From Cyanobacteria bacterium P01_H01_bin.15 (lineage in GTDB: Bacteria > Cyanobacteriota > Cyanobacteriia > Cyanobacteriales > JAAUTE01), in NCBI GenBank assembly GCA_038750375.1, contig JBCDHF010000003.1:1-32897 (forward strand): a stretch of 32,897 nucleotides of DNA, read 5' to 3'. Within the stretch, counting starts at the first letter, position 1, and every line of letters begins with the position of its first letter. The translations under genes and the position numbers were made by a program. Below, piece after piece: positions 1-10,000 of the stretch. A model generated the notes under the pieces. It was not told the DNA's origin. It worked only from the letters and a program-made list of their open reading frames with translations, and searched no databases.

Positions 1-943
1 CAATAGCTTCGGGTCGTTCAGTGGTTTCTCGAAGTACTAAAACCGGTTTGGCCAAGCTGGGCGCTTCTTCTTGTAGGCCTCCTGAATCAGTCAAGAGGAG
101 GTGGCAGCGGGTAATTGCGCCGACCAACTCACCATAGTCTAAGGGTTCAGTTAAAAAGCATCGAGGATGGTCGCCTAATAGTTTTCGGAGTGGGTCGCGG
201 ACCGTCGGGTTGCGATGTAGGGGTAGGAGTAGGGCCGTATCTGGAAACTGATCGAGGATTAGTCGAAAGCCTTGGGCAATATCTTGCAGCGGGTCACCCC
301 AATTTTCGCGGCGGTGGACGGTTGCGAGCAGGACTCGATATTGAGTCCAATCTAAGCCAGGAACTTGGCAGGCCGGCGCTCGCTCTGCAACGGTCAATAA
401 GGCATCAATGACGGTGTTGCCAGTATGGTGAACTTCGCCAACGACACCTGAGCGCTGAAGATTTTCGACTGCTCGGTGGGTGGGGGCAAAATGAAGCTGT
501 GCCAATTGGGAAAGCAAGCGGCGATTCGCTTCTTCAGGAAATGGATTAAATAGCTCATTAGTCCGTAGTCCCGCTTCAACATGTGCGATCGCAATTTTTT
601 GATAGAAGGCGGCTAATCCTCCGGCAAAGGCAGTGGTGGTATCTCCTTGAACAATGACTAGTCGAGGGTTTAATTCTTGATACAGGGCTTCAAGTCCTTG
701 CAAACTGCGGCAGGTAATGTCAGACAAGGTTTGCTTGGGCTGCATGATGTTTAAGTCTCGATCTGCTTCTAACTCAAACAGATTCATGACTTGGGCCACC
801 ATTTCTCGATGTTGGCCGGTCAACACCACCTGGGTCTGGAAATCGGGGCATTTTCGAAAGGCCGCAATCACCGGGGCAAGCTTAATGGCTTCTGGGCGCG
901 TCCCTAATACGATGCAAATGGGAATGGGGGCAGTGATGGCCAT
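1..943 (-). CDS. wecB: UDP-N-acetylglucosamine 2-epimerase (non-hydrolysing), 3'-truncated by the window edge
   Basis: Not in the ORF track because its stop lies outside the window. Manual translation from ATG at 943 gives MAITAPIPICIVLGTRPEAIKLAPVI...VLTGQHREM, and near base 1 LLTDSGGLQEEAPSLAKPVLVLRETTERPEA. These are signature WecB motifs (GTRPEAIK, TGQH, DSGGxQEE, RETTERPE). Confidence 0.95.
   Translation of the reverse strand, partial: MAITAPIPICIVLGTRPEAIKLAPVIAAFRKCPDFQTQVVLTGQHREMVAQVMNLFELEADRDLNIMQPKQTLSDITCRSLQGLEALYQELNPRLVIVQGDTTTAFAGGLAAFYQKIAIAHVEAGLRTNELFNPFPEEANRRLLSQLAQLHFAPTHRAVENLQRSGVVGEVHHTGNTVIDALLTVAERAPACQVPGLDWTQYRVLLATVHRRENWGDPLQDIAQGFRLILDQFPDTALLLPLHRNPTVRDPLRKLLGDHPRCFLTEPLDYGELVGAITRCHLLLTDSGGLQEEAPSLAKPVLVLRETTERPEAI
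585..592. repeat. HIP1 octamer GCGATCGC (first of many copies across the window)
   Basis: The palindrome recurs in housekeeping genes and in the NRPS cluster (e.g. near 17314, 18079, 19328, 22924, 27100, 30459), which is characteristic of cyanobacteria. Confidence 0.9.
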
Positions 944-1021
944 GAGCAAAACAAATCAGCAGTTGAATGGGCAGTCCTACAAAATTGGGGAGAGGCTTAG
1001 GGGGTCGTTCGCCCTGATAGG

Positions 1022-2431
1022 TTAAGCGGAGTCTTTGGCTAATGGGCGACTCATCGCCGCCAGATCTAAAACTTGAGCCAAGGTGGTTTCATCCAAAAGA
1101 TTTTTCTCTAAGACGACTTCTCGGATAGATTTACCGGTAGTCAGGGATTCTTTCGCGACAGCCGCCGCATTTAGGTAGCCAATATGAGGGTTGAGGGCTG
1201 TCACCAGGGCCAGGCTGCCTTCGGCATAAGCATGGCAGCGATCGCGATTGACTGTGATGCCGGCAATACATTTGCTAGCAAGCGTTTTAACCGTATTGCC
1301 GAGAATCTCAACGCTGTGGATAAGGTTAAAAGCAATGAGCGGCATCATGACATTTAATTCCAATTGCCCGGCTTGAGCCGCATATGCGATCGCAGTGTCG
1401 TAACCCATGACTTGGAAGCAGACCATGGAGGTCATTTCAGCAATGACCGGGTTATATTTACCCGGCATGATTGAGGAGCCAGGCTGAACTGGGGGTAGCT
1501 GAATTTCCTTGAAGCCTGTTTTGGGGCCAGAATCGAGTAGGCGCAGATCATGGGAAATTTTGACTAGATCTTGAGCCAAATTTCGCAGCGCACTGGAGAC
1601 CGAAACAAATGGGGCCATACTTTGCATGGCTGCCATCAATACTGGGGCGCTGGCGAAGGGTTTTTGCAAAAGCTCAGAGAGAATCTCGGCGACACGGAAA
1701 CGGTATTGGGGGTGGGTGTTAAGTCCGGTTCCGGCAGCGCTTCCGCCCAGACCTAAAACGAGTAAATCTTCTGCCGCTAACGTAATCCGCCGGCGATGAT
1801 CGCGGAGGATCTGCTGCCAGGCTCGAAAGGTGTCGCCTAAACAAACGGGGACGGCATCTTGGAGATGGGTTCGCCCAGAGCGCACGACGTCATCGTTATC
1901 TGTTGCTTTTTGGGCGAGTTCAGCGCCAATGATGTCCAGTGAGGGAAATAGTGTTTTGTCTAGAGCTAGCAGCGTCCCCAGGCGAATAGCGGTCGGAATC
2001 ACATCGTTGGTGGATTGACCGTAGTTAACATGGTCGTTCGGACTCACTTTTTTATAATTGCCTTTACTGTCGCCGAGTAGTTCTAAGGCACGGTTGGCGA
2101 GGACTTCGTTGACATTCATATGGTGGGAGGTGCCGGCGCCCGCCTGATAAACATCTACAATGAATTGCTCTCGTAGTTGTCCGTTCAAAATTTCATCAGC
2201 GGCTTGGACAATAGCGGACGAAATCTCGGTGGGGATGCAGCCTAATTCCCCGTTTGCGATCGCAGTGGCTTTTTTGAGGTAGGCGCAGGCATCTACATAA
2301 GTCGGTAACGGTTTTAGTCCGCTAATTTGAAAATTTTCTTGGCCCCGCAGGGTTTGAATACCATAGTAAGCAGATGCCGGTATCTGGCGATCGCCCATAG
2401 AGTCGGTTTCGGTGCGGGTCGATTGAGTCAT
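1022..2431 (-). CDS. aspA: Aspartate ammonia-lyase (aspartase; fumarase/aspartase superfamily)
   Basis: 469 aa with the SSIMPGKxNP signature loop, GRTHLQDA and GQSTNDVIPT. QAGAGTS resembles aspartase (QGGAGTS) more than FumC (QTGSGT). Confidence 0.85.
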   Translation of the reverse strand: MTQSTRTETDSMGDRQIPASAYYGIQTLRGQENFQISGLKPLPTYVDACAYLKKATAIANGELGCIPTEISSAIVQAADEILNGQLREQFIVDVYQAGAGTSHHMNVNEVLANRALELLGDSKGNYKKVSPNDHVNYGQSTNDVIPTAIRLGTLLALDKTLFPSLDIIGAELAQKATDNDDVVRSGRTHLQDAVPVCLGDTFRAWQQILRDHRRRITLAAEDLLVLGLGGSAAGTGLNTHPQYRFRVAEILSELLQKPFASAPVLMAAMQSMAPFVSVSSALRNLAQDLVKISHDLRLLDSGPKTGFKEIQLPPVQPGSSIMPGKYNPVIAEMTSMVCFQVMGYDTAIAYAAQAGQLELNVMMPLIAFNLIHSVEILGNTVKTLASKCIAGITVNRDRCHAYAEGSLALVTALNPHIGYLNAAAVAKESLTTGKSIREVVLEKNLLDETTLAQVLDLAAMSRPLAKDSA

Positions 2432-2738
2432 CGTAGTTGGCGATACCTGAGTAGCTAGAGAGTTGTGGTGTCGATTTATTTGCGAGGATTAATCATGACA
2501 CAAACTCTAAACATCTAGCCGGAAGACGCACTTCCGCAAAAATAGTTCTATTTTTTGAAATGAAATGCCACGATCGGGCTGTTTAACTGAGCTTTCTACC
2601 GACCAATTTGAAGCAATCAAATCTATGTTTCTCAAATAAGCTCGTTTGATTCGCAGCCGTCTCTTTATAGAAGAAGATGGCTGCGGAAAAAACAGAGTAA
2701 TCAGCACCCGCTGGGATTTACCAAAGAGCGCGGAATGG

Positions 2739-3326
2739 CTAATTTTGTGCTGCCCGCAAACGAGTAGTCAGCTTGGTTGCAGTCGCCGGGGGAACCAAAA
2801 CTTCATCAATGACATGAATGACGCCATTGCTCGCGTCCACGTCAGCCTTGATTACACTGGCTTCGCCTACTTCAACTGAATCCCCATCTACGGTGACCGC
2901 AACTTCGCCGTTAAGAGTTTCGACCTCTCCCGTGGAGAGTTCGCCCGATGTGACCTCACCCGCAACTACGTGATATTTAAGAATTTCAGTCAATAGATCT
3001 TTGTTTTCAGGCTTGACTAAAAATACGACTACGCCATCGGGAAGATTCGCAAAGGCAGCATCTGTTGGCGCAAATACGGTAAACGGACCCGTTCCAGCCA
3101 GCGTCTCGACGAGACCAGCCGCTTTGAGAGCCGCAACTAACGTTTCGAAATTATCATCGCCTACCGCAATATCCACAATACTCGGAGTCGCTTGGGACAG
3201 CACAGCCGCGGGAACGTTCTCCTGATCAGGCGCAGAAAAAGCGACATCAGTCGCAGCGCTTCCGCTTAATCCGATGGCGACAGCTAGTACACAACGCGTA
3301 AGCGGACGCAAGAATAAATTAGCCAT
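2739..3326 (-). CDS. Secreted fasciclin (FAS1) domain protein
   Basis: 195 aa with a signal-peptide-like N-terminus and FAS1 motifs GPFTVFAPTDAAF, ILKYHVV and ASNGVIHVIDEVLVP. Confidence 0.93.
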   Translation of the reverse strand: MANLFLRPLTRCVLAVAIGLSGSAATDVAFSAPDQENVPAAVLSQATPSIVDIAVGDDNFETLVAALKAAGLVETLAGTGPFTVFAPTDAAFANLPDGVVVFLVKPENKDLLTEILKYHVVAGEVTSGELSTGEVETLNGEVAVTVDGDSVEVGEASVIKADVDASNGVIHVIDEVLVPPATATKLTTRLRAAQN

Positions 3327-3330
3327 GACT

Positions 3331-3366
3331 TCTTTACAAAAGTTAACGATTATCCAATTGTAAAGA
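3331..3366. promoter_or_regulatory. 9-bp perfect inverted repeat with an HLR1-like overlap in the divergent promoter region
   Basis: TCTTTACAA (3331-3339) and TTGTAAAGA (3358-3366) are separated by 18 nt and begin 5 nt upstream of the fasciclin start. TTTACAAA-AG-TTAACGAT (3333-3350) resembles the RpaB HLR1 direct repeat with 2 mismatches. Confidence 0.35.
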
Positions 3367-3513
3367 TCTCCACATCTGCTTGGGCTATGTCAAAGGGTAT
3401 GAAACTCAAAATTGATAGTTGGAATTGGCAATGAGCGGTTTGTGATCCCCAACCGCAAACTAGACGAAACTCTAGTAAGTTATGGGGTTGAACAAAAGCC
3501 GCATAATTCGCAA

Positions 3514-4446
3514 ATGAAAATTTTGCTCAAGAAACTGAAACCGTTGCTGCGCTGGTTCATCCTAGGGGGCACCCTGTTCTTTTTGCTCAAGACCCTCAAA
3601 GATCATTGGCAAGAAGTCACCCATCTGCGGTTGACCAGCACAAGTTTTGTTTGGTTGGGATTGGCACTGCTGATTACCAGTGGTGCTCATCTTTGGTCGG
3701 GCTGGGTCTGGACCTGGATTTTGAAAGAGTTTGGTCAGCATTTCCCAACCGGTCGAGCATTGCGGGTTTACTTAGTTACCAACGCCGCTAAATATTTGCC
3801 CGGCAACGTGTGGCATTTTTGGGGACGGATTCAGGCGGTCTCTAAAGCCGGCAGCTCGGCGGGGACTGCGACCCTGAGCGTGTTATTAGAGCCATTACTC
3901 ATGGCAGCAGCGGCTCTATTGGTTGCTAGTGCTTTGAGTACAGCCACGCTCGGATGGTGGACAATTCTGGGGTTAATTGCTGTGTTAGTCGGCGTCCATC
4001 CCCGGATTCTCAATCAAGCGATCGCGTTACTCGACCGACTTAAAGACCATCAAAATGCTGTTCGTTTAAAACGCTATCTCTGGCGACCGCTAATGGGAGA
4101 AGTGTTTTTTTTACTGTTTCGAGGCGCCGGTTTTGTGGCTGCTCTCGCCGCTATTTCATCCGTCCATATTTCCCAGCTTTCGATTCTACTAAGCGCCTTT
4201 AGTTTTGCCTGGCTGCTAGGTCTGGTAATTCCCGGTGCACCGGGAGGTCTAGGCGTCTTTGAAACCACTGCGATCGCGTTGCTCGAGCAAACAGTGATTC
4301 CCGGTGAACTGTTGGGCGGCGTGGCTTTATTTCGATTAGTCAGTATCTTGGCCGAAATTGCAGCCGCGGGGATTGCCTGGGTCAATGGTCCCAAATTGGA
4401 GCTCGGTCATCTCAAACCCGACGCCCCTGCCGATCCGGTGTCCTAA
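3514..4446 (+). CDS. UPF0104/YbhN-like (lysylphosphatidylglycerol synthase TM region / flippase-like) membrane protein
   Basis: Multi-pass hydrophobic protein with KYLPGNVWHF and PGAPGGLGVFE motifs. ATG at 3514 (MKILLKK) is preferred over TTG at 3412. It lies next to sugar-nucleotide genes. Confidence 0.8.
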   Translation: MKILLKKLKPLLRWFILGGTLFFLLKTLKDHWQEVTHLRLTSTSFVWLGLALLITSGAHLWSGWVWTWILKEFGQHFPTGRALRVYLVTNAAKYLPGNVWHFWGRIQAVSKAGSSAGTATLSVLLEPLLMAAAALLVASALSTATLGWWTILGLIAVLVGVHPRILNQAIALLDRLKDHQNAVRLKRYLWRPLMGEVFFLLFRGAGFVAALAAISSVHISQLSILLSAFSFAWLLGLVIPGAPGGLGVFETTAIALLEQTVIPGELLGGVALFRLVSILAEIAAAGIAWVNGPKLELGHLKPDAPADPVS

Positions 4447-4535
4447 TTCTCAAGGGTTCTGGCATGGAGCCGCTCTCTGCGGAAAATGGCGGCAGCCATC
4501 ACACCAAACAAAGAAGTGAGAACTGCAACGACATT

Positions 4536-5489
4536 TTACTTTTTATAAACAGCTTTAATCCATTCCCATTCAGCTTTTAAGCCTTCAGCCAAAGATACTT
4601 GAGGTTGAAATCCCAGTAGCGATCGCGCTTTCGAAATATCTGCACTGGTATGACGGGCATCTCCCTTCGCCCGACCTATATATTCTCGCTTCAGGGGCTC
4701 GCCAATGACGGCATCTATTTGATCTAATACATCTAATAAAATTGCACGGGAACCGCCCCCGATATTAAAGGCTTCACCGATTGCCTCAGGCACTGAGCTG
4801 GCTGCAATATTGGCTGCCACAACATCGCTAATAAATGTAAAGTCTCGTGTCTGTTTGCCGTCGCCATAAATTGAAATGCCATCTCCCATAATGGCTGCTT
4901 TGAAAAACTTGTGGAACGCCATATCGGGTCGCTGACGCGGACCATAAACAGTGAAATAGCGTAATGCCGTTACTGGAACGCCGTCATGGTGGTGATAAAG
5001 CCAGCACAAGCGCTCCGTTGCTAATTTGGTGATGCCGTAGGGTGAAACTGGCTCAGGGCAGACTGTTTCTGGGGTTGGCATCGTCTCTGCATTGCCATAA
5101 ACGGAAGACGTAGACGCATAAACAAATCGTTTTAGCGTCGAGGTTTCTTTCGCGGCTTCTAAAATAATTTGGGTCGCGTTGATATTTCGTTCCGTATAGT
5201 CGCGAAAGCCTTTCCCCCAACTTGCACGAACGCCTGCCTGTGCGGCTTGATGATAAACGACTTCCACCCCTGACAGTAGCGATTGCCAATCTTGATCTTG
5301 AATATTGCCTTCGATCAGCTCAAAGTTGGCGTAGGCTTTCAGCGCTAAAAGATTTTGACGTTTAAATTTCGGATCGTAATAGTCATTAATTTGATCGATG
5401 CCAATGACGCGCTCACCCCGCTGAAGTAAAAACTCAGCCAAGCTCGAACCAATAAAACCAGCTACACCTGTGACAATTTGAGCTGCCAT
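4536..5489 (-). CDS. NAD-dependent nucleotide-sugar epimerase/dehydratase (UDP-glucuronate/UDP-glucose 4-epimerase-like)
   Basis: 317 aa extended SDR with TGVAGFIG, HQAAQAGVR, ASTSSVYG, catalytic YGITK and LRYFTVYGPRQRPDMA. Confidence 0.9.
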   Translation of the reverse strand: MAAQIVTGVAGFIGSSLAEFLLQRGERVIGIDQINDYYDPKFKRQNLLALKAYANFELIEGNIQDQDWQSLLSGVEVVYHQAAQAGVRASWGKGFRDYTERNINATQIILEAAKETSTLKRFVYASTSSVYGNAETMPTPETVCPEPVSPYGITKLATERLCWLYHHHDGVPVTALRYFTVYGPRQRPDMAFHKFFKAAIMGDGISIYGDGKQTRDFTFISDVVAANIAASSVPEAIGEAFNIGGGSRAILLDVLDQIDAVIGEPLKREYIGRAKGDARHTSADISKARSLLGFQPQVSLAEGLKAEWEWIKAVYKK

Positions 5490-5631
5490 CTGTCCCTAAA
5501 TCGTACTTACATATAACGTTGGCGCATCTAACTTAGCGGTTGCTGGTCAGGACTTGCCGAATCAAACTCAACTTTCGCCTAGGTTTGGAACATAGGCGCG
5601 ATTGTAAAGTTCTGAACTAATGCAGTCAAGG

Positions 5632-5760
5632 ATACACAAAACAGAACGAGAGAGACCGCGGCGAAAACCCCGGACCCATAGAAGTCAGTATGCTCGAAGC
5701 TGATTTCAGTCTCCTCCCCATGCAGATGGAACACTCAACGGCGGGCTGAAATAATTTGGG
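5632..5760 (+). ncRNA. Probable cyanobacterial sRNA, PsrR1(SyR1)-like; boundaries approximate
   Basis: The intergenic core GAAAACCCCGGACCCATAGAAGTCAGTATG (5663-5692) resembles the conserved PsrR1 core as recalled, not verified. Stem ATTTCAGTCT (5703-5712) pairs with GGGCTGAAAT (5743-5752) using G-U pairs. An upstream ATTGTAAA (5601-5608) is an HLR1 half-site on the minus strand. Confidence 0.5.
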
Positions 5761-5907
5761 TGACCTAATTTGTGCAAGCCAAGAAACAATCGCCTATTTG
5801 GTTTCTAGCAGTTATCCGCACATTGTTTTGATAAACTCAGGTACGACTCTTCACATAAGCTTGACTTCTCCCAATTTGCCACCCCTTTGTCAGCGAATTT
5901 CTTAACT

Positions 5908-6906
5908 ATGCTTGCGGAAACGACCGTTCCGACGAAACTTTCGATCCCCCCTGATTTATCGATTGTTGTTCCTGTTTATAACGAGGTTGAGAGTATTCCG
6001 TCGCTATTAGAGGCGCTCGCAAGCACGTTAGGTCCCACAGACTTGACCTATGAAATCATTTGCGTTGATGACGGCTCAACAGATGGTTCAGCCGGGCTCT
6101 TGAGCGAACGAGCTCAGGACTGCACAGATTTGCGGGCAGTTCTGCTGCGGCGAAATTATGGTCAGACGGCAGCGATGTCGGCGGGTTTTGACCATGCCCA
6201 GGGTCGGGTGGTGGTGACATTGGACGCTGATTTACAAAATGATCCGATAGATATTCCCGCCCTCGTGGCGAAGCTCGAAGAAGGCTATGACTTGGTGAGT
6301 GGCTGGCGCAAAGAACGTCAAGATGCGGCCCTGACTCGCTTGTTGCCCTCTCGAATTGCGAACTGGTTAATCGGAAAAGTGACCGACGTTCAACTTCATG
6401 ATTACGGCTGCTCGTTGAAAGCTTACCGCTCAGAACTATTGGCAGACATGCGACTGTATGGCGAATTGCATCGGTTTCTGCCCGCATTAGCCTTTATCGA
6501 AGGGGCCAAGATTACAGAAATGCCAGTTCGACACCATGCTCGCCGTTTTGGTAGCAGTAAATATGGGCTGGATCGCACTTTCCGGGTCTTGATGGATCTG
6601 TTGACTATCTGGTTCATGAAAAAATTTCTGACTCGCCCGATGCATGTTTTTGGGTTATTGGGGTTAATTTTGATGGGGTCTGGCGGTCTGCTGGGTTTAT
6701 ATTTGTCTGCTCTAAAAATATTTGCTGGGCAAAGTATCGGCGATCGCCCGCTGCTGATTTTGGTGGTGCTTCTATTTCTGGCGGGGGTGCAGCTGTTCTG
6801 CTTTGGGCTAGTCGGGGAACTGCTGATGCGGACCTATCATGAATCCCAAGGTCGTCCCATCTATCGAGTTCGAGAAGTGGTGGGTGGTTCAAGCCCCCAT
6901 GAGTAA
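5908..6906 (+). CDS. Glycosyltransferase family 2, polyprenyl-phosphate glycosyltransferase (ArnC/GtrB-like)
   Basis: Motifs SIVVPVYNE, VDDGSTD, RNYGQTAA, LDADLQNDP and HDYGC, plus two C-terminal TM helices. ATG at 5908 is preferred over TTG at 5887. Confidence 0.9.
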   Translation: MLAETTVPTKLSIPPDLSIVVPVYNEVESIPSLLEALASTLGPTDLTYEIICVDDGSTDGSAGLLSERAQDCTDLRAVLLRRNYGQTAAMSAGFDHAQGRVVVTLDADLQNDPIDIPALVAKLEEGYDLVSGWRKERQDAALTRLLPSRIANWLIGKVTDVQLHDYGCSLKAYRSELLADMRLYGELHRFLPALAFIEGAKITEMPVRHHARRFGSSKYGLDRTFRVLMDLLTIWFMKKFLTRPMHVFGLLGLILMGSGGLLGLYLSALKIFAGQSIGDRPLLILVVLLFLAGVQLFCFGLVGELLMRTYHESQGRPIYRVREVVGGSSPHE

Positions 6907-7006
6907 GCCAGCGCTCGCAACTGGAACTAAGATTTGAGGGAAAAGGTCCAGTCTTTGTGGATTGGTTGCTGCCCTCTGTCGGCTTCGGCTGGCGCTACTT
7001 CTGTCA

Positions 7007-10000
7007 ATGGTTTTTATCAACCGTGTCGAACTAACCCATTTCAAATCGTTTGGCGGTACTGTTTCGGTCCCCTTGTTGCCGGGATTTACGGTCGTGTCCG
7101 GACCAAATGGCTCGGGTAAGTCAAATATCTTGGACGCGCTGCTATTTTGCTTGGGGTTGGCTAGCTCGAAAGGCATGCGAGCTGAACGGCTGCCTGATTT
7201 GGTCAATCATAAGCACCGACAGAATCGGCAGACGGCTGAAACAACAGTCTCCGTGACGTTTGACCTCACCGATTGGGCGGCCACGTTTGGCAATGATGAA
7301 AGTGATCCGCCCACTGTAACGAATGGCAACGGCCATCACGGTGAAGACTCTAATGTTTCCCGCGCTGAACTGGACTCGCCCCTGGATTTAGAAAATTATG
7401 AATCCAACGAGGCATCAGTCGACGACATATCGGCATTAGAACCGGCGCCAGACAACGACCGATCAACGCTGTCTTTGACCCCTGACGAATCTGAGCGGGA
7501 GAACATTTTCCCTCAAGGGCTCACTGATCCATTGTCATCCGAGATCGGGGGCGCTGAAACGCCCGTTAATCAAAAATCGCAACGTAAAATTGCGGATTTT
7601 ATTCCGGTCAAGGTCGTTGAAGTTGAAAATGAAGCCAAGGTGTCGCTGGAATGGACGATTTCCCGGCGATTACGGCTCAGCAAAAATGGTAGTTATTCTT
7701 CGACTTATTACATCAATGGGGAGGTGTGTACGGCGACCGAACTCCATGAGCAGCTCAGTCGGTTACGCATCAACGCAGAAGGCTACAACGTCGTTTTACA
7801 GGGCGATGTAACCCGTATCATCACCATGAATTCTCGCGAGCGGCGAGAAATTATTGATGAACTGGCGGGGGTGGCTGCTTTCGATCGCAAAATCGACAAA
7901 GCGCGCGACACTCTTGAATCAGTGCGAGAGAAAGAAGAGCGATGCCGCATTATTGAGCAGGAATTGATTGCCACTCGCGATCGCTTGGCGGCAGACCGCA
8001 TCAAAGCGGAAAAGTACCGGCAGTTGCGCATTAAGGTTGAGGGGCTGCAGCGGCTGGAGCAGTACGTCAATTGTGAAAAGCATCGTCAAGAACTCAAGAC
8101 TTTACGTCAGCGCATGGCGGCAGGGGTCGTGGAAGCGGAAAAGCTGACCGCGCAGTTAGCAGACATCACGAAGCTACTGGCCGAAACCCAAGCGCAACGA
8201 GATGAATGGAATACGAAGGTTAAAGCCCTTGGTGAGGATGAGCAGTTAGCTGCCGCCACCAAGTTGGCCAACTTAAAGGCCCAACAAACGCAACTTCAAG
8301 AACGTCAAGCGACGCTAACGCAACAGCAAGCCCAAAATACCCAAGCCCAAGCTCAAATCCAAGCGGCGATCGCAACTTTACTTGAGCAAATCTCCGGTCT
8401 CGAAAACGAAAGTACTCTCTTCGGTGAAAAGACTCTCCCTGAGCTCGTTGCCGCAAGGGATACGGCGAAGACTAATTTGCAGACGAAACGGGATGCGGCT
8501 GCTGCGATCGCAGAAAATTCTAATGCGAGCTTGAATGCCCAGAGTCAGCTGTTAGCGCAACTGGCCGAAGTTCAGCGTCAGCTTGATCCGTTACGGCAGG
8601 AGCAAACCCAATTAACGGAACGGGAACGGCAGTTAACGCAGCAGTTGGGTGAGCTGGCCCAGCAACGAGACAGCCAGCAATCTCAATCGAGCCAGCGCGA
8701 AACGGAAGTGAGCGATCGCGCCCGACAAAATGAGGAGCTTACCGAGCAAATTCAAGCCCTCGGGACACAGCTCGCCCAGGTCCAGCAAGAACTCACGCTC
8801 CAGCAAGAGACCCAAAATCGCTTGCTCCGAGAACAGCGCGACAAACAGCGACAGCTCGATAAGCTCGAAGCGGCTAAAGAAGCACAGCAACAGGCCCAAG
8901 GCACCTATGCCACCAAAGCGATTATGCGATCGCAGCTTTCGGGAATTTGTGGATTGGTGTCGCAATTGGGGCAGGTGGACCCCGAATATCAGCTTGCGTT
9001 AGAAACGGCGGCTGGCGGTCGGTTGGGACAAATTGTGGTTGAGTCGGATGCGGTGGCAGCAGCGGGGATTGCCCTTTTAAAACAAGAGCGGGCTGGTCGG
9101 GCGACCTTTTTACCGTTGAATAAAATTCGAGCGCCCCGCAGCCAGAACCTGGGAAATTTGGCCTATGCTCGCGGATTCATTGATTTAGCCGTTAATTTGG
9201 TTACCCGCGAAACCCGTTACGACGAAGTGTTTGCCTATGTTTTTGGCGGAACGGTTGTCTTTGCCAGCATTAACGAAGCACGCGCCCATCTCGGAAAAGC
9301 CCGGATTGTCACCCTGGAAGGGGACCTGCTGGAAATGACCGGGGCCATGAGTGGCGGTAGTAGAGGCAATCGCAGTGCCTTTCACTTTGGGGCTGCTGCC
9401 GCTAATGATTCGCTGGAAATAGAAACCCTTCAAGCGCGTCTCGCCGAAATCGCCAAAATTTTAGGCACTTGTGATCGCTTAATTGCGCAAAAAAACGAGC
9501 AAATTAGCCAGCTCACCCAGGCCATGACCGAAGCACGGCAGCTCCAGCGGGAAAGTCAGCTCCGGTTTGAGCAATCTCAAACTGAACAGGCTCGCATTTC
9601 CGCCGAACAGCAACAATACCAACTGCGCTGGACCCAGTCTCAGCAAGAAGCAGAACAAGTCCAAACTCGTTTGCAAGCGCTTGCGATCACAATTCCACCA
9701 CTGGAGCAACAGCTTGCCCAACTGCAGCAGGAACAGCTCGCCCTCGGTACCCAAGACACCACCAGCGAATGGCAAACCCTGCAAGCCGAAATTCGCACTA
9801 GTGAAAACAGCCTGGCAGAGCAAGAAAATCGCCTACAAGCAGCCCAGCAACAGCAACGCGATCGCGAAGCGCAAATTTTACGGCTGCAAGAAAAACGCAA
9901 TGAAACCCAAACCCAACTCACCGATGCCCAAGCCCAAAGCCAGGCGCTGCAAACCCAACAACTCGACAGCAGTTGTCAGCTAGATGAGCTGGCTAAAGAA

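Noticed and set aside
115-1025. Plus-strand ORFs 115-411 and 717-1025, and minus-strand ORF 394-594
   Set aside because: They are shadow or alternative frames of wecB and have no recognisable motifs.
1022-2431. Fumarase FumC, or a precursor-supply gene for the cluster
   Set aside because: QAGAGTS favours aspartase, and the gene is about 14 kb from the cluster among unrelated genes.
4469-4497. GCCGC...GCGGC hairpin between convergent genes as a terminator
   Set aside because: The stem is only about 5 bp with a long loop and no U-tract, which is too weak to call.
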